From positions 817,658 through 881,657 of the forward strand of contig JAUPSS010000011.1 of assembly GCA_040285825.1 (NCBI GenBank): DNA of 64,000 bases. The letters run 5' to 3'. A program made the position numbers and the translations under genes. Positions 1-9,538 of this stretch are shown piece by piece. Every line of letters begins with the position of its first letter. Position 1 is the stretch's first letter. The notes under the pieces were generated by a model, which was not told the origin of the DNA, ran no database searches, and saw nothing but the letters and a program-made list of their open reading frames with translations. The stretch is from Eukaryota sp. TZLM1-RC (Eukaryota; Protista; Metamonada: BaSk clade).

Positions 1-92
1 ATGCTTGTGAATAAAATCTTCACTTCTCTGAAAACCAGATGACTCATGGATGTTGTGCAAGAACCACAGATCCCAGGATCCGAATCCTCAAT

Positions 93-255
93 CGGATTCA
101 ATTTGCCTTTATTAATAGATTACCTCAATTTTTCAATAGAATAAGAGGAGCTTTAGCTAGACAGCAAGCAGGTCAAGATTTTGTAGAAGAAATCTTGGTT
201 CAATGATATCCGTTAGTGATGAATTAATTTAATTAAGCGCGCATGTTCAATAAAT
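93..255 (+). mobile_element. Diverged 3' tip of non-LTR retrotransposon family B
   Basis: Matches the family B C-terminus (RIQFA..QDFVEEILV) and 3' UTR ending TTCAATAAA, as seen at 36530-36695. Confidence 0.75.
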
Positions 256-643
256 AGTATTTTTAAAAATTCTGCAAAATTCAAGAGAAATTGAACCAGA
301 TTGACCCAATCCATGTTTTAATAGTAAAGCCTGTTTTCTGAGGATTTTTGGAATTAAATCTTTATTTTTATTATTTTTCCAAATTTGAGTATTGTCATCT
401 TCAATTGCATTCTCAAATAGAGGGTCATTGTTATTTTTGACTATTTGTTGTTCAGATCTTATTTTAAAGAACCAAGAAGAAAAAATAGGTAGGTCCTGGT
501 GTCTACTTAGGGATGAAATTGATGGGATATCTTCGAATTCCGAATCAGAATCATCGTCGAGTGGAGGTATCTCGTAATTTGAAAGTAAAGTATTTGGCAT
601 ATTTATGCTACAAATAGAAGGAGTTTCCTCGTTTTGATCCAAA

Positions 644-797
644 TGTTAGCCTTGGATAATATTTATAATAGTTTACTTATAGTTTATTATAGTTATTGTA
701 TTATTGCGCCCATGCGCTTAAGTTAAGGGAAATCCTCATTCCCTTGTAATAAATTACATTAAAGGTATACTCAATGTCTAACCCCCACAGATCATCA
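644..797 (+). repeat. 5' LTR of element 1
   Basis: TGTTAGCC...GATCATCA, direct repeat of 7716-7869; contains AATAAA and the gag ATG at 774. Confidence 0.97.
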
Positions 798-3700
798 ATA
801 CGTATTGGATCACCTTTGGGTGGTTCCAATGACAACTCCGAGACTGTTAGGACTGATCCTCCTACGTCTCACTCTTCGAGTTCTTCCTCCCGAACTCCTC
901 AGTCGGGACCAGAACAACCCTCTGGTGGCGAGAGAAGTGATACTTCCTCTCAACCCTCGGGTCAAGGTTCCACTCTATCTACGGATGACGTTCCTGTGGT
1001 TCCTATCAGTCTTCCTGTTCCTCCCTCTAATGTGGAAAACTTTGTACCTCTTTCTCCTCCCCCTGGTTCTGAAGGAGAGGTTGAAGATTCCCTTTTAGGT
1101 CCTGAACAGTTCAGTACTTTAGATGAATATCTGAAGTATATCATCAACCAGACTGACCCTGACTCGGCTAGCAACAAGATATCTGAGCTGTTGAAGCTCA
1201 AGAGGGTAGAGCCTCCCTCTTCACCTATTGTTTGCGCTCCTGTTGCCCCTTCCACTTCTTCTACGGAAGCTCCTGGGGAAGGACAACAAGTTCCTTCCAC
1301 TTCTTCTACGGAAGCTCCTGGGGAAGGACAACAAGCTCCTTCCATTCCTTCTAGAGAAGTTCCTATGGAAAGCAGCCCTCCGCAACAACCAGCTCCTCCT
1401 GCAGTCCCTGCTGGTAGCCCAAATCCTACTACTCCTTCTCAAGAAGTTCCTGTAGCAGGCCTTCCTGATACTTCTGTTCCTACTACGGTAGCTCATACAG
1501 AAGTCCATTCAACTCCATCTGTTCCTCCTTCGGGAGTTCCTACTAGAGGAGTAATTCATGTCCCTCCAACCTCTGGCCAGACTCCTCAGCAAGGTCACGT
1601 TGTTTCTTCTGTTCCTGCTGCTTGGCAGGTGCTTAGTGCTGCACAGCCTAACACCTATCAAACCCCAAGCCAGCCCCAGGAATCAGATTCTCCTTTCATC
1701 TCTACCCAACAGAGAACTGAAGCTCAAAACTTAGTTCTCAATGCTGGTATTGAGTTAATGCTAGGAGATCCTGCATCGATTCCTCCCAATGAACTCATTG
1801 CTGCTTTACCCCCATTTTGGGGTCCAGAAGTGGTTAATGATCACGGCTTTAGGATCCGCAGAAGAATAGGTCCCTACTTCCCAACGGAGGAAGTAGACAA
1901 TCTTACGGTTCGTTGTGACCCTCCTCCAATTTATCCTCAACGGGATACTGTTGGAGGGTTCAGAACTCCTCGTGAAGGTGTACAGAGGATCTTCGCTGGT
2001 GATGAGCTGCATCTCTTCCTCAACCGATGTAACCCATGTCCTTTCCCCAGGTTTAGCCCTGGATACAATGCCTCTCTTGATATTTATATCAATAGAGACT
2101 TCAGGACTGGATGGTGGTACACTTACACTACGAACTACCAAAGATTGTACCTTCAAGACCGCAGACCAGACCATTGCGCGTCATATTTTGGTCCGGAGCA
2201 TAGAAGGAATAGGCCACTAAGGGACGCCCTGATGAATGTACAGGAGAACATTGGTGTCACCAACTCTAGTTCTCTTCTGTGGGTCAATGTTGATGGTAAT
2301 GTGCAAAGTTACTATCCGAGCGATCATGACCCAGTAGAATTGAGATCTTCTGAGCCTGACCCAGTTGAGACAGACACAGTTTTCTCATCTTTGAGCATTG
2401 AGCCTCAAGATGACCAACAACAAGATGAGCCAATGGCAACTACTGACACTGTTGAGTCAGTGCAACAACCTGTAGTTGTTCAATCTCAGGATCCATCAAC
2501 TCCTTCCCAGGTTCCTCAGGACCCTAGGCTCCTAGGAGTAACTCCTTCTAACACTCCCATAGCTCCCCAGTATTCCAACACCCTACTGATGGAAGCTATG
2601 GCGAGTTCACAAGATAGAGATAGAGATAGACAAAGAGGTGGTCGTCCTAGAAAACCCACCCTGGAAGCCAACGATATCTCTGACCCAGTAAGGATCTTGA
2701 AATTCATCGACAGATTTATTCTGTATGCTAGGACTGAGAGGACCATTGAAGAGAGAGACATCAATGAATCTGATCCTACTCAAGTCAGACTAGCAAGAGA
2801 AGTGTCTGAATTAAGAAGGCAACTTGAGGAACGTTCTCGTCCTCCTGCCACTCCTCAATCCATAAGCAGAGAAAACCGGAACCTCCCTCTCGATCAGAGA
2901 TATGGTAACCCCCTCCACGAGTGGGACCGATTCAGAGCTGCTGCTCAAGTTGACCCTCGTAGGATCGCCTCCTGCGTTACTCCAGAGTGCTTGGCCGCTC
3001 TGAGAGCTCAAGGCAGGTTTTCGTCTATGTCTGATAGTATCTCAGCTATCGACAACATCAATGAGGAGCAAATATGGGAATCAATTTTACACCTCAGCCA
3101 GTATAGTACATTAGAAACGGCGAGGAATCAGTTATATAGAGTCCAGATGAATTGGAATATTCAGGACTTTAGGAATCGCTGGGGCGACTTCACAGTGAGG
3201 CTAATGAGAACAGTTTCACGAAGTACTGCCATTTCTGACGTCAGGGCAAGCGACCGTGCCTTGTATGGTCAACACTTTCTACAGCGCATTCAAAACTGGG
3301 AAATTGCAACCCATATGATCGATTCTGTTGGTATTCAGGCCATCAGCGACAACCTGAGAACTGTATGGTCCACACCCAATGTTTGGCAACACCATACTTT
3401 ACAACAATTTGTCGACATCCTTGCTGCTGAATACATGAGTTGGTGTTCAGCAAGATCCTATGACGAGCAAAGGGCCAACATCAGTGACAGCTATCAACAA
3501 CATATGGGTCACTATGTTAGAGCAAACCCAAAGGACAAGAAAAGAATAGGCAAATTTAAGCCTGCGGGTTCCAGCGTCGCCCCTGCTCAACTTACCAAAA
3601 GGAGCAAGTCGCAAATTAAGAAAGAAAGAGATAAAGCTGGTCTCTGTAGATTCTGTGGTCTTCCAGGCCACTCCATTAACGAATGTCCCGACCCTGATTG

Positions 3701-5294
3701 CCAGCGATCCAAGCAATGGCGAGAAGCCAACCCAGATGCCGTTCGAGCATATTTGGCTAGGGGTAGTAGTAATAGTAATAGTAGAGGCAGAGGTAGACGT
3801 AGAGGAAGAGGCAAGGGCCCTTCTAGTAGTAATAAACGTTCCCATAAATATTCAATGTTTACTATAGAGCACGATAGCTCTCCAACAGGTAATACATCAA
3901 AGCAACGTTCAAACAAATGTTCCTTGTTTACTATAGAGCAAGACAGCTCTCCAGCACGTAAAACACCAAACATAAAACAAACCTCAGTCTCCAACCAGTG
4001 GATTAAGTGCTTAACTAATCCTTTGACTACCCGGAATTTTAAAACAGCTACAACGATAGAAACACCAAATAAACCCTGTTTCATTTATGAGTTCGACTCG
4101 AACCCAGACTCAGAGTCCCACAGCGATATCTTCATGCTTCGCACCTCAGATGTCGCACGCAAAAATTTAAAATTGAAACTTTCAATAAATAACTGCGAAA
4201 TAGAAGGGATCATCGACTCTGGAGCTTCGATATCAGTCATCACTGTTGATTTAGCAGAGAGATGCAACATGGTAAAGACTAACCATTGCATAAACTTTAA
4301 GTCTGCAAACAACATCATGTCGAAGTCGTTAGGATCAGCAGAAGGCACACTGAGCTTCAGACTCGGTAGTGTGACCCAATTAGTTCATGTGAAACATAGC
4401 TTGGCCATCATTCCTGGCAACAATATGTTACTAATTGGTAGAGACCTGTTGCATCACCTAGGCTTATTGAACGATGAAGGCCTCTTCATCAAGATGGATG
4501 AGGAACATCGTACATTACTTCTGCCTGAAGCTGAATTCGACCATCGAATCTCCCAAGTCTCAGATGTCGTCAACGTCCCCAGACGTTGGTTGGAGCACAT
4601 ACAGTCTTCTGGTTGTACTATTAACCTCGACTGTGATAACGACAAGAAGACCTTACTTCTAACCTTGAAAGAGTTCGAAGAGACATTCACCCTTAAGCCG
4701 CATGCTGATGGGATTGACTGTCCTCCAATGGAGATCAACTTTCACGATGAAAGTATTCGAGTCAGACGACCCCCTCGTAGGTTAAACCCCGAGAAGCAGA
4801 AAGTCGCCGAACAGATCTTCGATGAACTCGTCGAGTCTGGATTTGCTGTACCATCGAACCATGAGTTCAGCTCTCCAGTATGTCTTGTGGTATACCCTGA
4901 TCATCGTAAGCCTCGCCTTACTGGTGATTACAGCGGCAAGGACGGAGTCAACGCCAACACCATTCCCGTTGAACCTAATCTCCCCAGAATATCCGATGTG
5001 CTAGTCTTCCTTTCGGAAGCCAATTTCATCGGCACCCTTGACCTCCCCAAAGCCTTTTGGCAACTAAAGATTGCTGAAAAAAACTGGAAGAAGACTGCCT
5101 TAAGCATCCCTGGCAAAAGTATCATGTTTAAACGTGCTGCTTTCGGCCTCAAGAACGTTCCTGCAGTTTTCCAGAACGTTATGGCAGACATCTTCTCCGG
5201 AGACGGTGTATTCATCTATATAGATGACATCATCATAGTAGGTAGAACTTTCAACGAGTTCCTCGGACGTCTAAGAGAAGGCTCGAACCCGTAG
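774..5294 (+). CDS. Gag-protease-RT polyprotein, N-terminal part
   Basis: CCHC knuckle CRFCGLPGHSINEC; protease IDSGAS; RT motifs KPRLTGDY, LDLPKAFWQ, FGLKNVP, YIDD. Frame broken by a small lesion near 5280. Confidence 0.93.
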   Translation: MSNPHRSSIRIGSPLGGSNDNSETVRTDPPTSHSSSSSSRTPQSGPEQPSGGERSDTSSQPSGQGSTLSTDDVPVVPISLPVPPSNVENFVPLSPPPGSEGEVEDSLLGPEQFSTLDEYLKYIINQTDPDSASNKISELLKLKRVEPPSSPIVCAPVAPSTSSTEAPGEGQQVPSTSSTEAPGEGQQAPSIPSREVPMESSPPQQPAPPAVPAGSPNPTTPSQEVPVAGLPDTSVPTTVAHTEVHSTPSVPPSGVPTRGVIHVPPTSGQTPQQGHVVSSVPAAWQVLSAAQPNTYQTPSQPQESDSPFISTQQRTEAQNLVLNAGIELMLGDPASIPPNELIAALPPFWGPEVVNDHGFRIRRRIGPYFPTEEVDNLTVRCDPPPIYPQRDTVGGFRTPREGVQRIFAGDELHLFLNRCNPCPFPRFSPGYNASLDIYINRDFRTGWWYTYTTNYQRLYLQDRRPDHCASYFGPEHRRNRPLRDALMNVQENIGVTNSSSLLWVNVDGNVQSYYPSDHDPVELRSSEPDPVETDTVFSSLSIEPQDDQQQDEPMATTDTVESVQQPVVVQSQDPSTPSQVPQDPRLLGVTPSNTPIAPQYSNTLLMEAMASSQDRDRDRQRGGRPRKPTLEANDISDPVRILKFIDRFILYARTERTIEERDINESDPTQVRLAREVSELRRQLEERSRPPATPQSISRENRNLPLDQRYGNPLHEWDRFRAAAQVDPRRIASCVTPECLAALRAQGRFSSMSDSISAIDNINEEQIWESILHLSQYSTLETARNQLYRVQMNWNIQDFRNRWGDFTVRLMRTVSRSTAISDVRASDRALYGQHFLQRIQNWEIATHMIDSVGIQAISDNLRTVWSTPNVWQHHTLQQFVDILAAEYMSWCSARSYDEQRANISDSYQQHMGHYVRANPKDKKRIGKFKPAGSSVAPAQLTKRSKSQIKKERDKAGLCRFCGLPGHSINECPDPDCQRSKQWREANPDAVRAYLARGSSNSNSRGRGRRRGRGKGPSSSNKRSHKYSMFTIEHDSSPTGNTSKQRSNKCSLFTIEQDSSPARKTPNIKQTSVSNQWIKCLTNPLTTRNFKTATTIETPNKPCFIYEFDSNPDSESHSDIFMLRTSDVARKNLKLKLSINNCEIEGIIDSGASISVITVDLAERCNMVKTNHCINFKSANNIMSKSLGSAEGTLSFRLGSVTQLVHVKHSLAIIPGNNMLLIGRDLLHHLGLLNDEGLFIKMDEEHRTLLLPEAEFDHRISQVSDVVNVPRRWLEHIQSSGCTINLDCDNDKKTLLLTLKEFEETFTLKPHADGIDCPPMEINFHDESIRVRRPPRRLNPEKQKVAEQIFDELVESGFAVPSNHEFSSPVCLVVYPDHRKPRLTGDYSGKDGVNANTIPVEPNLPRISDVLVFLSEANFIGTLDLPKAFWQLKIAEKNWKKTALSIPGKSIMFKRAAFGLKNVPAVFQNVMADIFSGDGVFIYIDDIIIVGRTFNEFLGRLREGSNP
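1249..1345 (+). repeat. 45-bp in-frame tandem duplication in gag (PSTSSTEAPGEGQQ x2)
   Basis: CCTTCCACTTCTTCTACGGAAGCTCCTGGGGAAGGACAACAAG occurs twice. Confidence 0.9.
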
Positions 5295-7731
5295 AGTTAG
5301 CCTTGGACTGCCCAAGTGCCATTTTGTGTCCTCTAGACACCCAATAAAGATCCTTGGTAGCAGATTCCAACACAAAACCAGGACCATTGATCCTACACGC
5401 ACAGAGTCTTTACTGAATCTTCCCAGACCTAAGACTGTGAAAGACGCCCGTAGCCTTATCGGCTCAGTCAACTTCATTAGGGAATGGCTTCCCCAGGTAA
5501 CCAAGCATGTTGCCCCGATCATCAAATTAACACACGGCAAACCACGTCGCCTGCAGTGGAAAGACACTCACGACCACCATTTAGCCGAAATCAAACGCCT
5601 GATCGCGGAGCATATGCCTCTAAACTTACCTCCGGTGGATAACCAAGTACTAATTAGTTGCGATGCCTCTGATATAGCAGTTGGCGGCGTGATTTGGGAA
5701 CAAATAGAACCCACTAAGGACCCTGGTACTTCCTTACTCAATAGGAAATGTAGACCAATCAGCTTCTTCAGCAGATTGTTGACTAACTCCCAGCAGAACT
5801 GGCCCACGGTACAGAAAGAGCTTTACGCTATCCTTCTCATGCTTACCGAAAGTGGCTTCGAGAACTACCTCAAAGGAAGGCGCCTGATCATTTTCACAGA
5901 TCACCAAAACCTTACTTACATGCTCACCGCTCCGAACAAAAACAGAATAGTCAGAAGGTGGCTTCCCATCTTCTCTGAGTTCCTATTCGACATCGTTCAC
6001 ACAAAAGGGGAAGAGAACCATTGGGCAGACATGCTATCTAGGATAGTACCGCCCCAAGACAATCATACCATCAACCATCTGGTCCATTCCAATGACCAAG
6101 AGTTTCACCCTATCTACTACACAAATAGGATTGACGAAACTGAGTCAGAGAGATGCTTCGTTGAAGATCTCCATACATTTGAGAAGGTGCTCATCCTTCA
6201 AGACAAATGCTCCAATGACCTTCCACTCTTCGAGCCATGGCTCTGCAAGATCAGGTCCGAACAAAAGCGAGCCCTCGCTAACCAGGACACCTCATTTAAC
6301 AACTGTACTTTGGATAGTCGTCTAGATCTTTATCTGACTCCAGAGCACAAGATCGTGATTCCTCAATCACTGGTTAAGGATACGCTTAACCTTCTACATG
6401 GACTCCCGCAAGGTGGCCACCCCAGTAAGGCAGAAAGTCTCCTCAGACTCAAGAACAGCGACTACTGGTGGCCTAACATGCTTTCAGACATGACCAAGCA
6501 CGTCCAAGAATGCCCCTCCTGTCAGAAGACAGCAGCAGTCCCCAAACTGCATGTCTCTACAACTGGTTCCTTGTGGGCTGACAGACCATTCGCAAGAGTT
6601 AACGTCGACGTCATTGGTCCTCTTCCAGAAGATCAAGACGGCCACAGATACATTCTTGTATTTGTGGATAGCTTCACGAGGTTCACTATCATAGTCCCTC
6701 TCAAAGAACTCAACGCCAACCTTACCGCTGACGCTCTCATATGGAAGGTATGCGCGATATTCGGGATCCCGTTCATAGTTCATAGTGACAACGGTCCTGA
6801 GTTCTCTAAAGCTGTCTTCGACGCTCTATGTGAGTTTTTGGGCATAGAGGTCTCAAAGTCCGTCCCTCACTTCTCTCAGTCCAACGGTTTAGTCGAACGC
6901 CGTCACCGTGACATTTTGCAGAATTTGAGGAAGCTGCTCGTAGATTTTAACGCCTACGACGCATGGTCAGAGTACATACCCTATGTACAATTGTTAATCA
7001 ACTCAACCAAGAGTTCGATTACAGGTTACTCTCCATACGAGCTCATGTTTGGTTCAGATTTTAGCCCAAGAGCTGACCCCGGCAAAATCATAGAGACCCT
7101 CGAAAGCTCAACGTCTGAGTCAACCTACATCAACAACATTCAATCCAAATTTGCCAGATTGAAGAAGAAACAGGAGGAAGCAGAGCTCCGTCAAGCTTCC
7201 AAGGCTCCTCCTCGTGATTCCCAAATCGAAGCCAACCCTTTCTCTCCTGGCCAATTGGTCAAACGAGCTTCGTCTTCCACTGCTAAGTTACATGGTAACT
7301 ACAAAGGACCATTCTTAGTTATCGACACACCCTCTACCTCCACAGCTGACATCAAGAACCTCTGTACTGGTATGGTTGTTAAAGCCAGTGTGAAGCATCT
7401 CCAACCTTGGCATTCCAGTTTACCAGCTGATGATGAATTTCAGTCCTGGGTTGCTGCTGGTGATGCAGAAGAGCACGTGATCCAGAAAGTCCTCAGTCAG
7501 GATGGTGATTACTGTCAAGTCCAATGGCCTGGCAATCATATTACCACTGAGCTGGTTTCGACTGTTCAAAACACCTCTGCCTATAAAGAATTCTCCAAGT
7601 CTGTTTGCAATACTCGCTCTCGTCCTTCACGCCGCAAACGTCGTTCTGATAATATTAACAATAATGTTAATCCAACTCCTATCAGGCCTCGACGCTCGAA
7701 AAGAAGAAAGGGCAGTGTTAGCCTTGGATAA
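5281..7731 (+). CDS. Pol C-terminal part: RT thumb, RNase H, integrase, GPY/F motif, chromodomain-like tail
   Basis: Frame is open from about 5281 (ARTRRVSLGLPKCHF); CDAS and QKELYAI; HHCC; VDVIGP, SDNGPEF, NGLVER; YKGPF; HVIQKVL..CQVQWPG. Confidence 0.93.
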   Translation, partial: ARTRRVSLGLPKCHFVSSRHPIKILGSRFQHKTRTIDPTRTESLLNLPRPKTVKDARSLIGSVNFIREWLPQVTKHVAPIIKLTHGKPRRLQWKDTHDHHLAEIKRLIAEHMPLNLPPVDNQVLISCDASDIAVGGVIWEQIEPTKDPGTSLLNRKCRPISFFSRLLTNSQQNWPTVQKELYAILLMLTESGFENYLKGRRLIIFTDHQNLTYMLTAPNKNRIVRRWLPIFSEFLFDIVHTKGEENHWADMLSRIVPPQDNHTINHLVHSNDQEFHPIYYTNRIDETESERCFVEDLHTFEKVLILQDKCSNDLPLFEPWLCKIRSEQKRALANQDTSFNNCTLDSRLDLYLTPEHKIVIPQSLVKDTLNLLHGLPQGGHPSKAESLLRLKNSDYWWPNMLSDMTKHVQECPSCQKTAAVPKLHVSTTGSLWADRPFARVNVDVIGPLPEDQDGHRYILVFVDSFTRFTIIVPLKELNANLTADALIWKVCAIFGIPFIVHSDNGPEFSKAVFDALCEFLGIEVSKSVPHFSQSNGLVERRHRDILQNLRKLLVDFNAYDAWSEYIPYVQLLINSTKSSITGYSPYELMFGSDFSPRADPGKIIETLESSTSESTYINNIQSKFARLKKKQEEAELRQASKAPPRDSQIEANPFSPGQLVKRASSSTAKLHGNYKGPFLVIDTPSTSTADIKNLCTGMVVKASVKHLQPWHSSLPADDEFQSWVAAGDAEEHVIQKVLSQDGDYCQVQWPGNHITTELVSTVQNTSAYKEFSKSVCNTRSRPSRRKRRSDNINNNVNPTPIRPRRSKRRKGSVSLG

Positions 7732-7869
7732 TATTTATAATAGTTTACTTATAGTTTATTATAGTTATTGTATTATTGCGCCCATGCGCTTAAGTTAAGG
7801 GAAATCCTCATTCCTTTGTAATAAATTACATTAAAGGTATACTCAATGTCTAACCCCCACAGATCATCA
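7716..7869 (+). repeat. 3' LTR of element 1
   Basis: Direct repeat of 644-797, preceded by PPT AAAAGAAGAAAGGGCAG; contains the pol stop codon (7729-7731). Confidence 0.97.
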
Positions 7870-8660
7870 CAAATCAATATTCCTCGATAACATATTTGCA
7901 CAATGGTTGTCTTCACCATGTTCGTGGACTATGTCAAAGTCGAATTCATATAGTATCGGCAGCCATCTTTTTACAATTCTATTTTTCTCTGGGGCTGTAG
8001 CCAGGAATGCAATGTTTTTATGATATGTGAAAATTGTTAAATGTCTAGTTAACAAGTAGCTTTCTAAACAACTTTCACTTAAAATCAAAAGTATTGCATA
8101 TAATTCTCTTTGTAAAGTGGACCATTTTCTTTGTGTTTCTGTAAGTAATCTACTATACAACGACAAAGATTTTACTTTTCTTTTATTTAGCGGGGTTCCT
8201 GCAGGGGAGTAGGGTTCAATTTCTTGCCAAATAACACCTCCTACTGCTTCATCTGAAGCGTCAGTACTTATCAATACTCGCTTGCCCGGAGCTGGTAATT
8301 CAAGGAGCATGTGGTTTACTATTAAGTCTTTTATTGGTTTTAAGTAATTGTCAGGCTTGCTAGTCCATTTAATTATTCTGGGTTTTCCTTTAATGAGCTC
8401 GTTAATTGGAGCAATTAATTCAGAAATACCTAGAAGCCAATCTCTAATATAATTGATGAATCCTACCAATGAGCGAACTTCTTTCACTTATTTTGGTCTA
8501 GGGATTCTCATCAACATCTTCGATTTTTTTTCTTACTTATAAATCTAGCTTTGTCCTGGAAGGTGCTTCCTAAAATGTCAATAGGGTGTTTAGATGTTAC
8601 GAATCTACATTTACGTAAGCCTATATTTAAACATCTATTAATTTACACGTTCATTTTATT

Positions 8661-9538
8661 AAATACTTTTTTAGTTCAACTCATTATTCTGGATACATTC
8701 AACAATTCTTACACTTCTTCGATGAGCAAGAAAAGTTTTTGCTGGAATACGTAATTCTTGATAATTCTCAACTCTCTGTTCCTCTGTAAAACCTATCGAA
8801 TAGCTGTTATAAACTTTTCGCGTCCATGAATGTAATGTAGCTTTGAGTCAGAGAATTGGTTTAAGGAAAAGTTGATTTAATTTCTGATCATATTATATGA
8901 GCCTCAGGGAGCCAACATTAAGCCAGAATTCGAAATTTATTCTTAAAAGACAGAGAATGTTTCTTTAGATTCAAACAGATCCTACAATCCAGAACTTATC
9001 AGTTACTCCATTAAAATAGATGTTTTGGTATAATATTTTGCATCATCATCCATGAATGAAACGACGACAGATATTCTGGTTGCCAATGGAAATAGATATC
9101 CTTATTTATTTATTTAGATATTTAGAGGTGTTCCATTAAAGAGTTTAAAATTATTTTAAAAAAGTTCAACTTTTTACAATTCAAAAGTCCTAAATCAATT
9201 GCTATAACATTCTTCCCAATTTCGGTAATTGTAGGGCAACAATTAAGGAACCTGTAAGATAGTAAAGTTCATAAACACGTACTTTGTGCAATATTAGAAA
9301 TAGACATCGTGATGAATAATGATCTGTTCTCGGTTTTTGTTTTGCAGCATGTTCAATGATCACTGTTGGATAAAGGACAAGCCTGAAATTTATGATCCCA
9401 CAAAAAGTTGATTTAAAACATGTGTTGTTTTCAATCATATCAGTGAATTAAATTAATAATAAATGTGATTATTGCTGTTTCGTTTTCTTTGCTGAATTGC
9501 AGGCAAATTGTCTTTGTATATGACACGTAGCTTAAACG
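8661..9538. repeat. About 870-bp direct repeat, copy 1
   Basis: Near identical to 10773-11638; ORFs 9202-9438 and 11302-11538 differ by one residue. Confidence 0.9.

Larger units (their letters stand above)
644..7869 (+). mobile_element. Ty3/gypsy (chromovirus-like) LTR retrotransposon, element 1, near intact
   Basis: 154-bp TG...CA LTRs with 1 mismatch; 4-bp TSD CAAA (640-643, 7870-7873); domain order gag-PR-RT-RH-IN-chromo; polypurine tract 7699-7715. Confidence 0.97.
300..8760 (-). pseudogene. Older Ty3/gypsy pol remnant (RT end, RNase H, start of integrase) split by the element at 644-7869
   Basis: ORF 7867-8487 has the RNase H motifs TDAS and QRELYAI. Removing the younger element and one TSD copy rejoins ...SRNIDL|DQNEE... 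in frame with ORF 247-642, whose DLPIFSSWFFKIRSEQ matches DLPLFEPWLCKIRSEQ of the younger element. Outer limits approximate. Confidence 0.85.

Noticed and set aside
806-816. TGGATCACCT as a tRNA PBS or an SSU rRNA 3'-end similarity
   Set aside because: The TGG is 8 nt from the LTR end, further than a normal PBS, and element 2 has no equivalent; the rRNA-like match is too short to mean anything.
5270-5295. Possible gag/pol recoding site in element 1
   Set aside because: The break is inside RT just after YIDD, appears to remove several residues and has no slippery heptamer; it is a deletion.
5296-5307. 12-bp match GTTAGCCTTGGA between the RT coding region and the LTR start
   Set aside because: No upstream purine tract as expected for a central PPT and no counterpart seen in element 2; treated as coincidence.
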